From: an uncultured Anaerolineales bacterium
GTDB lineage: Bacteria; Planctomycetota; Phycisphaerae; FEN-1346
Assembly (NCBI GenBank): GCA_964437855.1
Contig: CAYTJE010000001.1
Span: forward strand, 1-52,238
Direction of reading: 5' to 3'
DNA length: 52,238 nt
Shown: in pieces, positions 8,327-16,600 of the stretch
Position numbering within the stretch: the stretch's first letter is position 1
Layout: every line of letters starts with the position of its first letter
The notes under the pieces: model-generated
Database searches by the model: none
The model's input: the letters and a program-made list of their open reading frames with translations, nothing else
Told to the model about the DNA's origin: nothing
Translations under genes and position numbers: made by a program

Positions 8327-8419
8327 GACTGTTCGCGCGGTGGGCCGGGAGACCCACCGCGCGGAATGGCTGCGACTGTTCGCGCGGTGGGCCGGGAGAC
8401 CCACCGCGCGGAATGGCTG
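8326..8419. repeat. Tandem duplication (2 x 47 bp) of a family A REP hairpin
   Basis: CGACTGTTCGCGCGGTGGGCCGGGAGACCCACCGCGCGGAATGGCTG occurs twice, identical and head to tail. Each unit contains the stem CGCGCGGTGGG / CCCACCGCGCG. Confidence 0.9.
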
Positions 8420-8434
8420 GAGGAGGCAGGACGG

Positions 8435-10843
8435 CTACTCGGCGGCCCGGCTCTCGTCGTCGCCGTTGCCGCCAGCGTCGCCGGCGCCGTCGCCCCCGGC
8501 GGAGACGGGCGTCTCGGCAGGGGCGGTCTGGAGCCGGATGGCCCCCAGGGGGCAGTACGTGACACACTCGCGGCACAGGACGCAGTCGTCGAGGCGGTCG
8601 GTGCTGATGTACGACTTGTCGTTGCACATCTCGAAGACGCCGGCCTCGCAGCGGGCCAGGCACACGCCGCAGCCGACGCAGTCGCGGGTGCTGACCGAGA
8701 GGGTGGCCGCCCGGCCGTCGCGCCGGAACGAGGCGGCCGCGACGAGGTCCGGGGTGGGCTCGTCGGTCTCGGAGACCTCGTGGGCCTGCTGCCAGGAGTG
8801 GCTGCGGACCTGGTGCCGGCCGAAGCGGTCCATGCGGAAGACGCTCCGGCCGCAGGTCGGGCACCGGTGCAGGTCCTCCAGTTTCTGGAGGTACTTCAGG
8901 AGCGTCAGGACCAGCGTGCCGTGGCTCCACGTCAGGGGGCTCACGGAGAGGGGCCGGCCGGTGTCGGGGTCCACCTGCTCGGCCAGGACGCCGGAGTCCA
9001 GGGCGTGGGTGACGGCCCACTGGAAGATCGGGAGGGCCTGTTTGAGTTCCTCGACCGTCTTGCCGCGGGCGATGGTGTAGTCGGCCAGCCAGATGGTGCA
9101 GACGAACCAGGGGTTGCCGGGGACGCCGCGGCGGTCGGCGGCGTCGAGATAGTAGGTGTCGCCGGCGTATCGGGCCAGTCCGCCCACGGGGGTCTTGACC
9201 CAGAGGGTCTGCTCGACGGCGTGCATGGTCTTTTCGACGCGGGGGTCGTCGGCCTCGAAGGCGTGGAACTTGAAGAGGGCAAAGAGGCTGGCGTCGACGG
9301 TGGGGTCCACCTCCACGCCGCCGTCGGGCGTCGGCACGAGCCGGCGGACGAACCGCTGGTGCTCGTCGCTCCAGAGGTGGTCGGCTATCCCCGCGCGGAC
9401 CTCCTCGGCGGCGCGGTCGTAGCGGTCGGCGTGGTCGGAGTCGCCGAAGACCCGGGCGAAGTTGCGGGCGGCGGTCAGCCCGCCGTAGACCGTGGCGCAG
9501 GTGTAGGTGTGGACGCCGTACCGCTCCTCCCACAGGTCGTAGGAGGGTTTGGGCAGGCCGGTCTCGGGGTCGCGGAAGTCGGCCATGAAGTCGGCGGCCT
9601 TGCGGATGAGGGCGTGGTACAGGGGGCGGACGTACTCGACGTCGCGGTACTGCCAGAAGTGCCGCCACAGCGCCCACAGGACCAGGGCGGTCTGGTCCTC
9701 CTGGATGGGCAGCCGCTGCACGCCGGCGACCATCCACGGGTGCCAGGACGAGGCCGGCGTCCCGTCCGGGTTGTACTTGTGCAGCAGGTACCCCTGGTCG
9801 GTCAGAAGGCGGGCGCACTGGGTATAGAAGCGGCACGTCAGGTCCGGGTAGCCGGCCAGGTCGAGGGCGTGGCAGACGAGGGCGGCGTCTCTCGGCCACA
9901 TGTAGGAGTAGGTGTCGCGGGAGAACTGGAGGACGTCGGAGTCGTTGGCGGCGACGACGGCGCCGCGGTTGTCGATCTGGGACCGCAGGATGAGCAGGCT
10001 CCGCTTGTAGAGGTCGCGGACGCGGTCCGGCAGGTTGCCGAAATTGCAGGCCGGCCCGTTGACCCACGCGCGCCAGTAGCCGAGGGTCCGCCGGAGCATC
10101 GTCTCCGGGGTGCGGTCCTTGAGCACGCCGTAAAGGTCGCGCAACTCGTCGAACGAGGGGGCGACCACCAGGTAATAGTAAACGGTGGCGGCGGCGCCCG
10201 CCTCCAGGGTAACCGAGGCCCCGATGGTCGAGTCGACGGCGCCCTGGCTGATGGGGTTGCCGGAGAGCCGGCCGTCCTCGGCGTCGCGCCAGGTGCCCTC
10301 GGCCCCGTGGAAGCCGCAGGCGCCGGTGGCGAACTGGTCCACGCCGTGGCGGTCGGCGCCGTCGGGCCCGGTCCGGCAGAAGCCGGCCAGCACGTACCGC
10401 GAGCCGCGGTAGTGGACGACGGCCTCCAGGCGCGGGTCGTAGTAGGCGGTGTCGCCCACCTTGGTGCCGTACATCGAGAGGTCCTGGTGCAGAAACAGGC
10501 GGATCTCGCGCCGGCGGTCGGCGGTGTTGGTGACCCGGATGCTGCGGAGGTAGACGTTGCGGTTGAAGTCGACCACGTCGTTGCAGACGAGCCGGACGGC
10601 CAGGTCGGCGTGCTCCAGGCGGACGTCGGTGACGAGGGTCTCGGGGAGGTAAAGGAGCGAGCGGTCCCACCCCGGGTCGGCGGTCCAGGCGAGGCGGTCC
10701 TCGGCCCAGACGCCGAACCGGCACGGGCCCCAGCCCGCGTGGTTCTCCTGGCCGACGTAGGGGAAGTACAGGTCGCGGATCTGGTACTCCGCGTCGAAGG
10801 CCAACAGCAGGTTGCCGTTGCCGACAGGGATATCGCGCGGCAC
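8435..10843 (-). CDS. Glycoside hydrolase family 15 (glucoamylase-like) fused to a C-terminal 2x[4Fe-4S] ferredoxin-type domain
   Basis: The N-terminal and catalytic region is GH15-like (MPRDIPVGNGNLLLAFD..., WPRDAALV, SWHPWM, LTWSHGTLV). The C-terminus has CVGCGVCLARC and CVLCRECVTYCP (8526-8683). GTG start with GGAG upstream. Confidence 0.85.
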   Translation of the reverse strand: MPRDIPVGNGNLLLAFDAEYQIRDLYFPYVGQENHAGWGPCRFGVWAEDRLAWTADPGWDRSLLYLPETLVTDVRLEHADLAVRLVCNDVVDFNRNVYLRSIRVTNTADRRREIRLFLHQDLSMYGTKVGDTAYYDPRLEAVVHYRGSRYVLAGFCRTGPDGADRHGVDQFATGACGFHGAEGTWRDAEDGRLSGNPISQGAVDSTIGASVTLEAGAAATVYYYLVVAPSFDELRDLYGVLKDRTPETMLRRTLGYWRAWVNGPACNFGNLPDRVRDLYKRSLLILRSQIDNRGAVVAANDSDVLQFSRDTYSYMWPRDAALVCHALDLAGYPDLTCRFYTQCARLLTDQGYLLHKYNPDGTPASSWHPWMVAGVQRLPIQEDQTALVLWALWRHFWQYRDVEYVRPLYHALIRKAADFMADFRDPETGLPKPSYDLWEERYGVHTYTCATVYGGLTAARNFARVFGDSDHADRYDRAAEEVRAGIADHLWSDEHQRFVRRLVPTPDGGVEVDPTVDASLFALFKFHAFEADDPRVEKTMHAVEQTLWVKTPVGGLARYAGDTYYLDAADRRGVPGNPWFVCTIWLADYTIARGKTVEELKQALPIFQWAVTHALDSGVLAEQVDPDTGRPLSVSPLTWSHGTLVLTLLKYLQKLEDLHRCPTCGRSVFRMDRFGRHQVRSHSWQQAHEVSETDEPTPDLVAAASFRRDGRAATLSVSTRDCVGCGVCLARCEAGVFEMCNDKSYISTDRLDDCVLCRECVTYCPLGAIRLQTAPAETPVSAGGDGAGDAGGNGDDESRAAE

Positions 10844-10881
10844 GTGCCGTCTCCATCCGCCCCCGCAGGGCGAAGCGGCGA

Positions 10882-10909
10882 ATTATAGCCGATGCGGCGG
10901 CGGCGTCAA
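10882..10909 (-). promoter_or_regulatory. Sigma70-like promoter for the GH15 gene: TTGACG-16-TATAAT
   Basis: On the minus strand the -35 is at 10909-10904 and the -10 at 10887-10882. It lies about 40 nt upstream of the GTG start. Confidence 0.5.
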
Positions 10910-10920
10910 CCAGGAGCCGA

Positions 10921-11031
10921 GGAACGTTCCCGGAAGTGTTTGTCGGCGCTTGGGCGGGGCCGGCTGAACCTTTTTGGGGGAACGGGAACGGGGAATGCGA
11001 AATGCGGAACGGGGAACGCGGAACGAACGGC
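10921..11031. promoter_or_regulatory. Perfect palindrome GGAACGTTCC plus an array of GGAACG/GGAATG half-site-like repeats
   Basis: The palindrome is at 10921-10930, just upstream of the -35. A G-rich array GGGAACGGGAACGGGGAATGCGAAATGCGGAACGGGGAACGCGGAACGAACGG lies at 10976-11031. Confidence 0.4.
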
Positions 11032-11050
11032 GGCGCCGGAGGCGGGCGGC

Positions 11051-12223
11051 TCAGGCGCCCGCGCGGGTGCGGAGGTTGTCTAAGACGTTCATGAAGTTGA
11101 TGTAGGAATCGTACGGCGACTCGTACGGATTGAAATACGTGTGCACGTCGCCGTCGGCGAACCACTTGGTGCACATGTAGTAGAAGTGGTCGGAGGTCTG
11201 GAGCCGGCGCCAGTCGTGGAGCAGGTCGGGGGCGGCGGCGGCCTTGACGGCCTCCTCCAGGCGGTAGAGTTCGTGCAGGGCGTTCGACTGCATGGCGTTG
11301 CCGAGCCAGGCCGAGAGGTCGCGTTCCATGTCGGCCCAGGAGACCATGTGGGGGACGTCGAGTTCGCCCTCCGGCTCGTAGGTCTCGACGGCCTGCGAGA
11401 GGGTCTTGAAATCGTTCTTCCCGTCCTTCATGACCCGTTCGGGCAGATGGTAGAGGAACGAGAAGATGCCCGACTCGGCCCACTGGTGCTCGCCGAACGT
11501 CTCGTAGTCCATGAACAGGTTGACCACGTACCCGTTGCCGTTGACCTGGTCGACCCAGCGGGCGAAGGTCTCGGCCTTCAGGGGCCATTCGGGCCAGGAG
11601 CGGTCGGAGAAGCGGAAGGCGATGTCGTCGGAGAGCCGATAGTTCTTCAGCAGGAGCCGGATCCGCTCGGCGCCCACCGGCTTGTAGATGAACGCCGGCG
11701 ACCGGTAGCCGAGGATGTGGTCGGCGCCTTCGGCCACGATGCCGGCGTATCCGAGTTCCTCGATGAAATGGGCCAGGTCGTTATTGTAGATGAGTTCGGT
11801 GTTCCGGAAGATGCGCGGCGACACGCCGAACGTCTCCTGCATCCTGGCCGACTGGGCCAGCACCTGCTCGCGGAACTCCTCCCGGCTGTAGAGGAACGCG
11901 AGGCTGTGGTAGTAGGTCTCGGCCAGGAGTTCCACGCGGCCGGTATCCACGAGCGCGCGGAACGAATCGACGACCTCCGGGGCCCACTGCTCGAACTGGT
12001 CCAGCGCCACGCCCGTGATGGAGTAGGAGACGGCGAACTCCGGGTGCTGGCGCAGCAGGTCCAGCATCAGGCGGTTCGACGGCAGGTAGCACCGCTGGGC
12101 CACCTTCCGGCAGACCTCGGCATTGTGGTACTCGTCGAAGTAATTGGCGTCGGAGTCGAAGACGCTGTACCGCCGGAGGCGAAAGGGCTGGTGAACCTGG
12201 AAATAAAAACATATGCTGGCCAT
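11051..12223 (-). CDS. Glycoside hydrolase family 57 (alpha-amylase / alpha-glucan-active enzyme)
   Basis: MASICFYFQVHQPFRLRRY... is a typical GH57 N-terminus, and FMDYETFGEHQW is present. The ATG at 12223 lies 2 nt after the GT4 stop. Confidence 0.85.
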   Translation of the reverse strand: MASICFYFQVHQPFRLRRYSVFDSDANYFDEYHNAEVCRKVAQRCYLPSNRLMLDLLRQHPEFAVSYSITGVALDQFEQWAPEVVDSFRALVDTGRVELLAETYYHSLAFLYSREEFREQVLAQSARMQETFGVSPRIFRNTELIYNNDLAHFIEELGYAGIVAEGADHILGYRSPAFIYKPVGAERIRLLLKNYRLSDDIAFRFSDRSWPEWPLKAETFARWVDQVNGNGYVVNLFMDYETFGEHQWAESGIFSFLYHLPERVMKDGKNDFKTLSQAVETYEPEGELDVPHMVSWADMERDLSAWLGNAMQSNALHELYRLEEAVKAAAAPDLLHDWRRLQTSDHFYYMCTKWFADGDVHTYFNPYESPYDSYINFMNVLDNLRTRAGA

Positions 12224-12225
12224 GC

Positions 12226-13566
12226 TTACGCCTTGGCGACGTCCTGGTACACGTCGAGGCACGCCCGGCCGGCGTCGAGCCAGACGAATTTGCGGACCTC
12301 GAACGCCCCGTGCTCCCGCAGCGTCTTCTGCAGCGGCGGGTGCCGCAGCACCGCCACGATCTTGTTCGCCATCTCGTTGATGTCCCAGAAGTCCACCTTC
12401 AGGGCGTGGGTCAGGATCTCGCTCACCCCGCTCTGCTTCGAGATCAGCACCGGCACGTCGCGCTGAAGCGCCTCCAGCGGCGCCAGGCCGAACGGCTCAG
12501 AGACGCTCGGCATGACGTACAGGTCCGCCATCTTGAACACCCGTTCCAGGTCGCCCCCGCTCAGGAACCCCGTGAACGTCACGCGGTGGCCGATGCCCAT
12601 GGCGGCGGCCAGTTCAATCATCCGCCGAATCATGTCCCCCGACCCCGCCATCACGAACTTCACGTTATCCATGACACCGAGGACCCGGCGGGCGGCGGCC
12701 AGGAAGTACTCCGGGCCCTTCTGCATGGTGATGCGGCCGAGGAACAGCACGATCTTGTCGCCCGTCTCGATGCGCTCGACAGTCGTCGGCACCGGCTCGC
12801 CGTCGATTGTGATGGCGTTGTAGACGACCCGGCATTTCGATTCCGGCACGCCGTAGCGCCCGGTCACGATGCTGCGGGTCAGCCGGCTGACGCAGATCAC
12901 CTGCCGGGCCCCGTGCATGCCGGCCCGTTCCACGTCGTACACCTGCTGGTTAACGGCCGTACCGCTCCGGTCGAACTCCGTCGAGTGCACGTGGACCACG
13001 AGGGGTTTGCCCGTCAGGGCCGACACGCTGAGCCCCGCGGGGTACGTCATCCAGTCGTGGGCGTGAATGACGTCGAACTCGTGTCGGCGAGCGATCTCGG
13101 CCACCAGGCGGGCGTAGCGGTGGACCTCGCTGAAGAGGTCGCCGCCGTAAAGGCCCAGTTCGCCGGTCACGCTTGCGGCGGCGCGGGCGGGCGCGGACGC
13201 CTCCGCCTCCGCCGGCGGCGCCGGCCGAGTAACCTGCCGCGGCCGCGACTCGCGCTCGCGCTGCTCCGCGTAGGCCCGCTCGGTCTGGTACGGGCTCAGC
13301 CCGGAATCGACCGGGATCAGCCGGACGTGCTCCAGGCCGTCCACGGTCCAGTAGGGCTGCTGCTCCCCCTGCCGCTGGTAGGCCTCCTCGGCCGAGAGCA
13401 CGTGGACGCGGTGAAGGGTGCGGCCGCCGCCGCCGCGGGGCAGGACGAACAGGATGTCCGTCCCCAGATCGCTCAGGGCCTTCGTCAGACCGTAGCAGGC
13501 GGTGCCCAGGCCGCCGCTGATGAACGGCGGAAACTCCCAGCCCAGCATGAGGACCCGCATGGTCAC
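12226..13566 (-). CDS. GT4/GT5-type glycosyltransferase (glycogen-synthase-like)
   Basis: MRVLMLGWEFPPFISGGLGTACYGLTKAL N-terminus and a C-terminal GT-B motif, PSVSEPFGLAPLEAL. Operonic with the GH57 gene. Confidence 0.85.
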   Translation of the reverse strand: MTMRVLMLGWEFPPFISGGLGTACYGLTKALSDLGTDILFVLPRGGGGRTLHRVHVLSAEEAYQRQGEQQPYWTVDGLEHVRLIPVDSGLSPYQTERAYAEQRERESRPRQVTRPAPPAEAEASAPARAAASVTGELGLYGGDLFSEVHRYARLVAEIARRHEFDVIHAHDWMTYPAGLSVSALTGKPLVVHVHSTEFDRSGTAVNQQVYDVERAGMHGARQVICVSRLTRSIVTGRYGVPESKCRVVYNAITIDGEPVPTTVERIETGDKIVLFLGRITMQKGPEYFLAAARRVLGVMDNVKFVMAGSGDMIRRMIELAAAMGIGHRVTFTGFLSGGDLERVFKMADLYVMPSVSEPFGLAPLEALQRDVPVLISKQSGVSEILTHALKVDFWDINEMANKIVAVLRHPPLQKTLREHGAFEVRKFVWLDAGRACLDVYQDVAKA

Positions 13567-13668
13567 ACCACCCGTCCCGTGACGCCTGTGCGCCTTGACG
13601 GCGCAGACTCCTATTGCCCCTCTGACTCATGTGCGGCGCGAAGGAAGATCACACTAACTCCCAACCCG

Positions 13669-13697
13669 ATTGTAAAACGCGGCCCGGCGCGTGTCAA
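13669..13697 (-). promoter_or_regulatory. Sigma70-like promoter for the GT4-GH57 operon: TTGACA-17-TACAAT
   Basis: On the minus strand the -35 is at 13697-13692 and the -10 at 13674-13669. Confidence 0.5.
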
Positions 13698-13807
13698 TCG
13701 CTTTGGGCCGAGGCCCCGGCAAGAATTCCATTAAGACCGGCCCCGCCGCGACGGGCGCCGCGCCCGGCGCTGCTGCCAGGGCAGAAAGCCCACCGGGCGC
13801 TTTTGCA

Positions 13808-13835
13808 TTGCATCGCGCCCGCGGCCATGTAAGAT
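13808..13835 (+). promoter_or_regulatory. Sigma70-like promoter, divergent from the previous one: TTGCAT-16-TAAGAT
   Basis: The -35 is at 13808-13813 and the -10 at 13830-13835, about 29 nt upstream of ATG 13864. Confidence 0.4.
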
Positions 13836-13863
13836 GCGCCTCGACCCGCAGCAAGGACCCCCC

Positions 13864-15477
13864 ATGGCTGACCCGCAGCGCGTCCTCGTGATCGGTCTGG
13901 ACGGCATGTCGCCGGAGGCGTTGGCGGCGTTGACCGCCCGCGGCGCCATGCCCACCCTCGCCGCGCTTCCGGACCGGGGCGTGGGCGGCGTGCTGGAGTC
14001 GACGGTCCCGCCGTTCACCTGCCCGGCCTGGCCCACCATGTGTACCGGCGTGGGGCCGGGCCGGCACGGCGTCTTCTCGTTCATCCACCGCCGCCCGCAG
14101 AGAGGCCGCGACGGCGCCCGCATCGTGGCGTCCACGGACCTGGCGGCCCCGCGGTTCTGGCAGTTGGCGGCCGAGGCGGGCCGGCGGGCCGCCGTCCTCT
14201 ACGTGCCGACCATGTACCCGGCCGATGCCGTCGAGCCGCTCTTCGTCAGCGGGTTTCCGGCGCCCGACCGACCGGACGCCGGCGCCGTGTACCCGTCGGA
14301 GGCCGAGGCGCCGCTGCGGCGGGCGGTCCCGGCGCTCCAGGAGTCCAACGTCTTCATGCAGGTCCGGCCGGCGCCGGGCGAATCCCCCCACGACGCCCGG
14401 CTGCGACACATCCGCGCCCACGCCGAGGCCGAGGCCGCACGCGTGACCCAGACCTTCGACCTCGCCGCCCGCGAGCGGCTCGACCTGGCGATGGTCGTCT
14501 TCAGTTTCCCGGACCGGGTCTTCCACCCGTACTACGGGTGCGTCGTGGCGGGGGAGGACGCGCCGGCGGACTGGCTGGCCCTCCGCGAGGGCCTCGACGC
14601 CGGCTTCGCCCGGATAGACGGCGTCATCGGCCACCTGCTCGAGCGGTTCGGCGAGCCGGCCACCGTGCTCGTCGTCAGCGACCACGGGTTCACCCGCAAA
14701 CGCGGCGCGTTTTACGTGGGCGAGTGCCTCCGGCAGGCGGGCCTGCTGAAGCCGGCCGGCTGGCGGTACCTCCTGAGCCGCCTCGCGAGGCGCGCGGGCT
14801 CCAAGGACGCCCGCCAGAGCCTCGTCGCGGAAGACCCCTGGGCCGACCCGTCCATCGACTGGCGGAAGACGCAGGTGTTCCCCGCCCACGACCACGAGCG
14901 GGGCCTCTTTGTGAACCTGGCCGGCCGGGGGCCGACCGGCGTCGTTCCCGCCGACGCCCGCGACGCCGTCCTCGACCGGGCCCGCGAGGCCGTCCTGGCG
15001 GTCCGCGACCCCGAGACGGGCGAGCGGCCGGTCCGCGCCGTCCGGCGCCGCGAGGCCGTTTACCGCGGCCCCTTCGTGGACCGGGCCCCCGACCTGCTGC
15101 TGGAGATGGAGACCGGCTGGCACCTTCGCCGGAAACTGGCCTCCCGGCGCCGCGGACGGACGCCCCTCCGACGGTCGGACACCATGGCGGGGATCCACCA
15201 TCCGGACGGCATTCTGCTGGCGTCCGGCCCCGCCGTCCGGCCCGGGGCGGCCCTGGAACGGCCCCAGATTCCGGACATCGCGGCCACGGTCCTGGCGCTG
15301 GCGGGCCTGGCGCCGGGCGAGGCGCTGGACGGCCGGTGCCTGGACGAGGTCTTCGACGTGCCCGCCGGTCCCGTGACCGTCCGGGGTACCGCCGCCGGCC
15401 GGTCGGAGGGCTCCGGCTATTCGGCCGAGGACGAAGCCGAGGTGGCCCGCCGGCTCGAGGACCTGGGGTACCTGTGA
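13864..15477 (+). CDS. Alkaline-phosphatase-superfamily nucleotide pyrophosphatase/phosphodiesterase (NPP-type)
   Basis: VLVIGLDGMS metal site and the PPFTCPAWPTMCTGVGPGRHGV nucleophile region. Start taken at MADPQRVLVIG. Confidence 0.8.
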   Translation: MADPQRVLVIGLDGMSPEALAALTARGAMPTLAALPDRGVGGVLESTVPPFTCPAWPTMCTGVGPGRHGVFSFIHRRPQRGRDGARIVASTDLAAPRFWQLAAEAGRRAAVLYVPTMYPADAVEPLFVSGFPAPDRPDAGAVYPSEAEAPLRRAVPALQESNVFMQVRPAPGESPHDARLRHIRAHAEAEAARVTQTFDLAARERLDLAMVVFSFPDRVFHPYYGCVVAGEDAPADWLALREGLDAGFARIDGVIGHLLERFGEPATVLVVSDHGFTRKRGAFYVGECLRQAGLLKPAGWRYLLSRLARRAGSKDARQSLVAEDPWADPSIDWRKTQVFPAHDHERGLFVNLAGRGPTGVVPADARDAVLDRAREAVLAVRDPETGERPVRAVRRREAVYRGPFVDRAPDLLLEMETGWHLRRKLASRRRGRTPLRRSDTMAGIHHPDGILLASGPAVRPGAALERPQIPDIAATVLALAGLAPGEALDGRCLDEVFDVPAGPVTVRGTAAGRSEGSGYSAEDEAEVARRLEDLGYL

Positions 15478-16478
15478 GCGCCGGCCCCCGGCCGCGCCAG
15501 GATGGATGCGCCGTGGACCCCGACCTGTCCGTCATCATCGTGGCCTACCGCTGCCGGGACGACCTGGCCCGGTGCCTGGAGTCGGTCCGGACAGGCGCGG
15601 CGTCGCTGTCCGCCGAGGTCATCGTGGTCGAGAACGCCAGCGGCGACGGGACCGCCGAGATGGTCCGCGAACGGTTTCCCGAGGTCCACCTGATCGCGAA
15701 CCGCGAGAACCGCGGCTTCGCCGCCGCCTGCAACCAGGGCCTGGCGGTCGCCTCCGGCCGGCACGTCCTGTTCCTGAACCCCGACACCCGGCCGGCCGAG
15801 GGCTCGCTCCCCACGCTGGTGGAGACGCTCGACCGGCATCCGGACGTGGGCGCCTGCGGGCCGCAACTCCGCGGCACGGACGGGGCCATCCAGCCGTCGG
15901 TCCGGACGGACCCGACGCTGGCGGCCCTGCTTCACCAGTTTACGCCGCTGCGTCTGCTGCGGCTGCTGGCGCCGGCGTACCGGCGGTACAAGCGGCGGGA
16001 CATGGATTTCCGGTCCCCCGCCGACGTCGATACCGTGATGGGAGCCGCCCTGTGCGTGCCCCGCCGCGTCCTGGACGAGGTCGGTCCGATGGACGAGCGG
16101 TACTTCGTGTACCACGAGGAGGCGGACCTGTGTCTGCGGATTCGGCGGGCGGGGTACCGCGTGCGGTTCGAGCCGGCCGCCCGGGTCGTCCACGTGGGCG
16201 GCGTGTCGGCCGGCCATGCGGCGGCCAACGTCCTGTACCTGCGGAGCCTGTACCGGTTTCTGTACAAGCATCACGGCCGGCTGAAGGGCGGGCTCATGGT
16301 CGCCGCGCTGCGGGCCGGCCTGTACCTGCGGGAGGCGATGCAGTTGCCGGCCCAGGCCCTGGCGGCCGGGGCGATGCTGGCCGTCGGGCAGGTCGACCGG
16401 GCCGGCCGGCGCGGCCGGCGGGCCTGGCGAGCCTTGCGCTATCTCGGCTGCGACGCCTGGCGAACGCTGTTCGTCTAA
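15474..16478 (+). CDS. GT2-family glycosyltransferase
   Basis: LSVIIVAYRC..., VVENASGDGT, NRGFAAACNQG, FLNPDT and a YHEEADLCLR pattern. The GTG start overlaps the upstream stop (GTGA at 15474-15477). Confidence 0.85.
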   Translation: MSAGPRPRQDGCAVDPDLSVIIVAYRCRDDLARCLESVRTGAASLSAEVIVVENASGDGTAEMVRERFPEVHLIANRENRGFAAACNQGLAVASGRHVLFLNPDTRPAEGSLPTLVETLDRHPDVGACGPQLRGTDGAIQPSVRTDPTLAALLHQFTPLRLLRLLAPAYRRYKRRDMDFRSPADVDTVMGAALCVPRRVLDEVGPMDERYFVYHEEADLCLRIRRAGYRVRFEPAARVVHVGGVSAGHAAANVLYLRSLYRFLYKHHGRLKGGLMVAALRAGLYLREAMQLPAQALAAGAMLAVGQVDRAGRRGRRAWRALRYLGCDAWRTLFV

Positions 16479-16496
16479 CCCTACAACGCTAACCTG

Positions 16497-16569
16497 TGCG
16501 CGGCCCGTACGGGCCGCGCAGGTCAAAAAACGCGACCTCCCGCGCGGCGGCCTTCCAGGGCCGCCGCGC
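16497..16569. repeat. Two family A REP hairpins in the spacer after the GT2 gene
   Basis: TGCGCGGCCC-GTAC-GGGCCGCGCA at 16497-16520 and GCGCGGCGGCC-TTCCAG-GGCCGCCGCGC at 16542-16569. Confidence 0.75.
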
Positions 16570-16600
16570 ATGAGATAATCCGATAGAACGGGGCATTCAG

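Noticed and set aside
8326-8419. Possible CRISPR array (also considered for 37890-38080)
   Set aside because: There are only two units, directly abutting with no spacers (8326-8419). At the other locus two 32-41-bp units are separated by 118 bp of other repeats. No cas genes are present. The units are members of dispersed REP-like families.
10976-11031. G-quadruplex-forming or coding interpretation of the GGAACG array (ORF 10892-11083)
   Set aside because: The 63-aa ORF is low-complexity and lies between two well-defined genes. The G runs are mostly only 2-5 nt and interrupted. It is kept only as a possible regulatory repeat.
8199-11588. 1129-aa ORF on the minus strand, and other very long ORFs (31348-34371 minus, 48134-51028 minus, 40232-42907 minus, 8318-10888 plus, 5859-7802 plus)
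   Set aside because: These have Arg/Pro/Gly/Ala-rich low-complexity translations with no recognisable motifs. They lie in alternative frames or antisense to genes with clear family signatures. They are typical shadow ORFs of ~70% GC DNA.
14040-16478. 812-aa ORF apparently fusing the phosphodiesterase region to the GT2 gene (similarly 19826-22201, 20890-23976 and 46943-49996)
   Set aside because: Only the 3-prime parts carry real protein signatures. The 5-prime parts are out-of-frame read-through over the upstream gene. Proper starts with an RBS or a stop-start overlap exist at 15474, 20744, 22258 and 48209.
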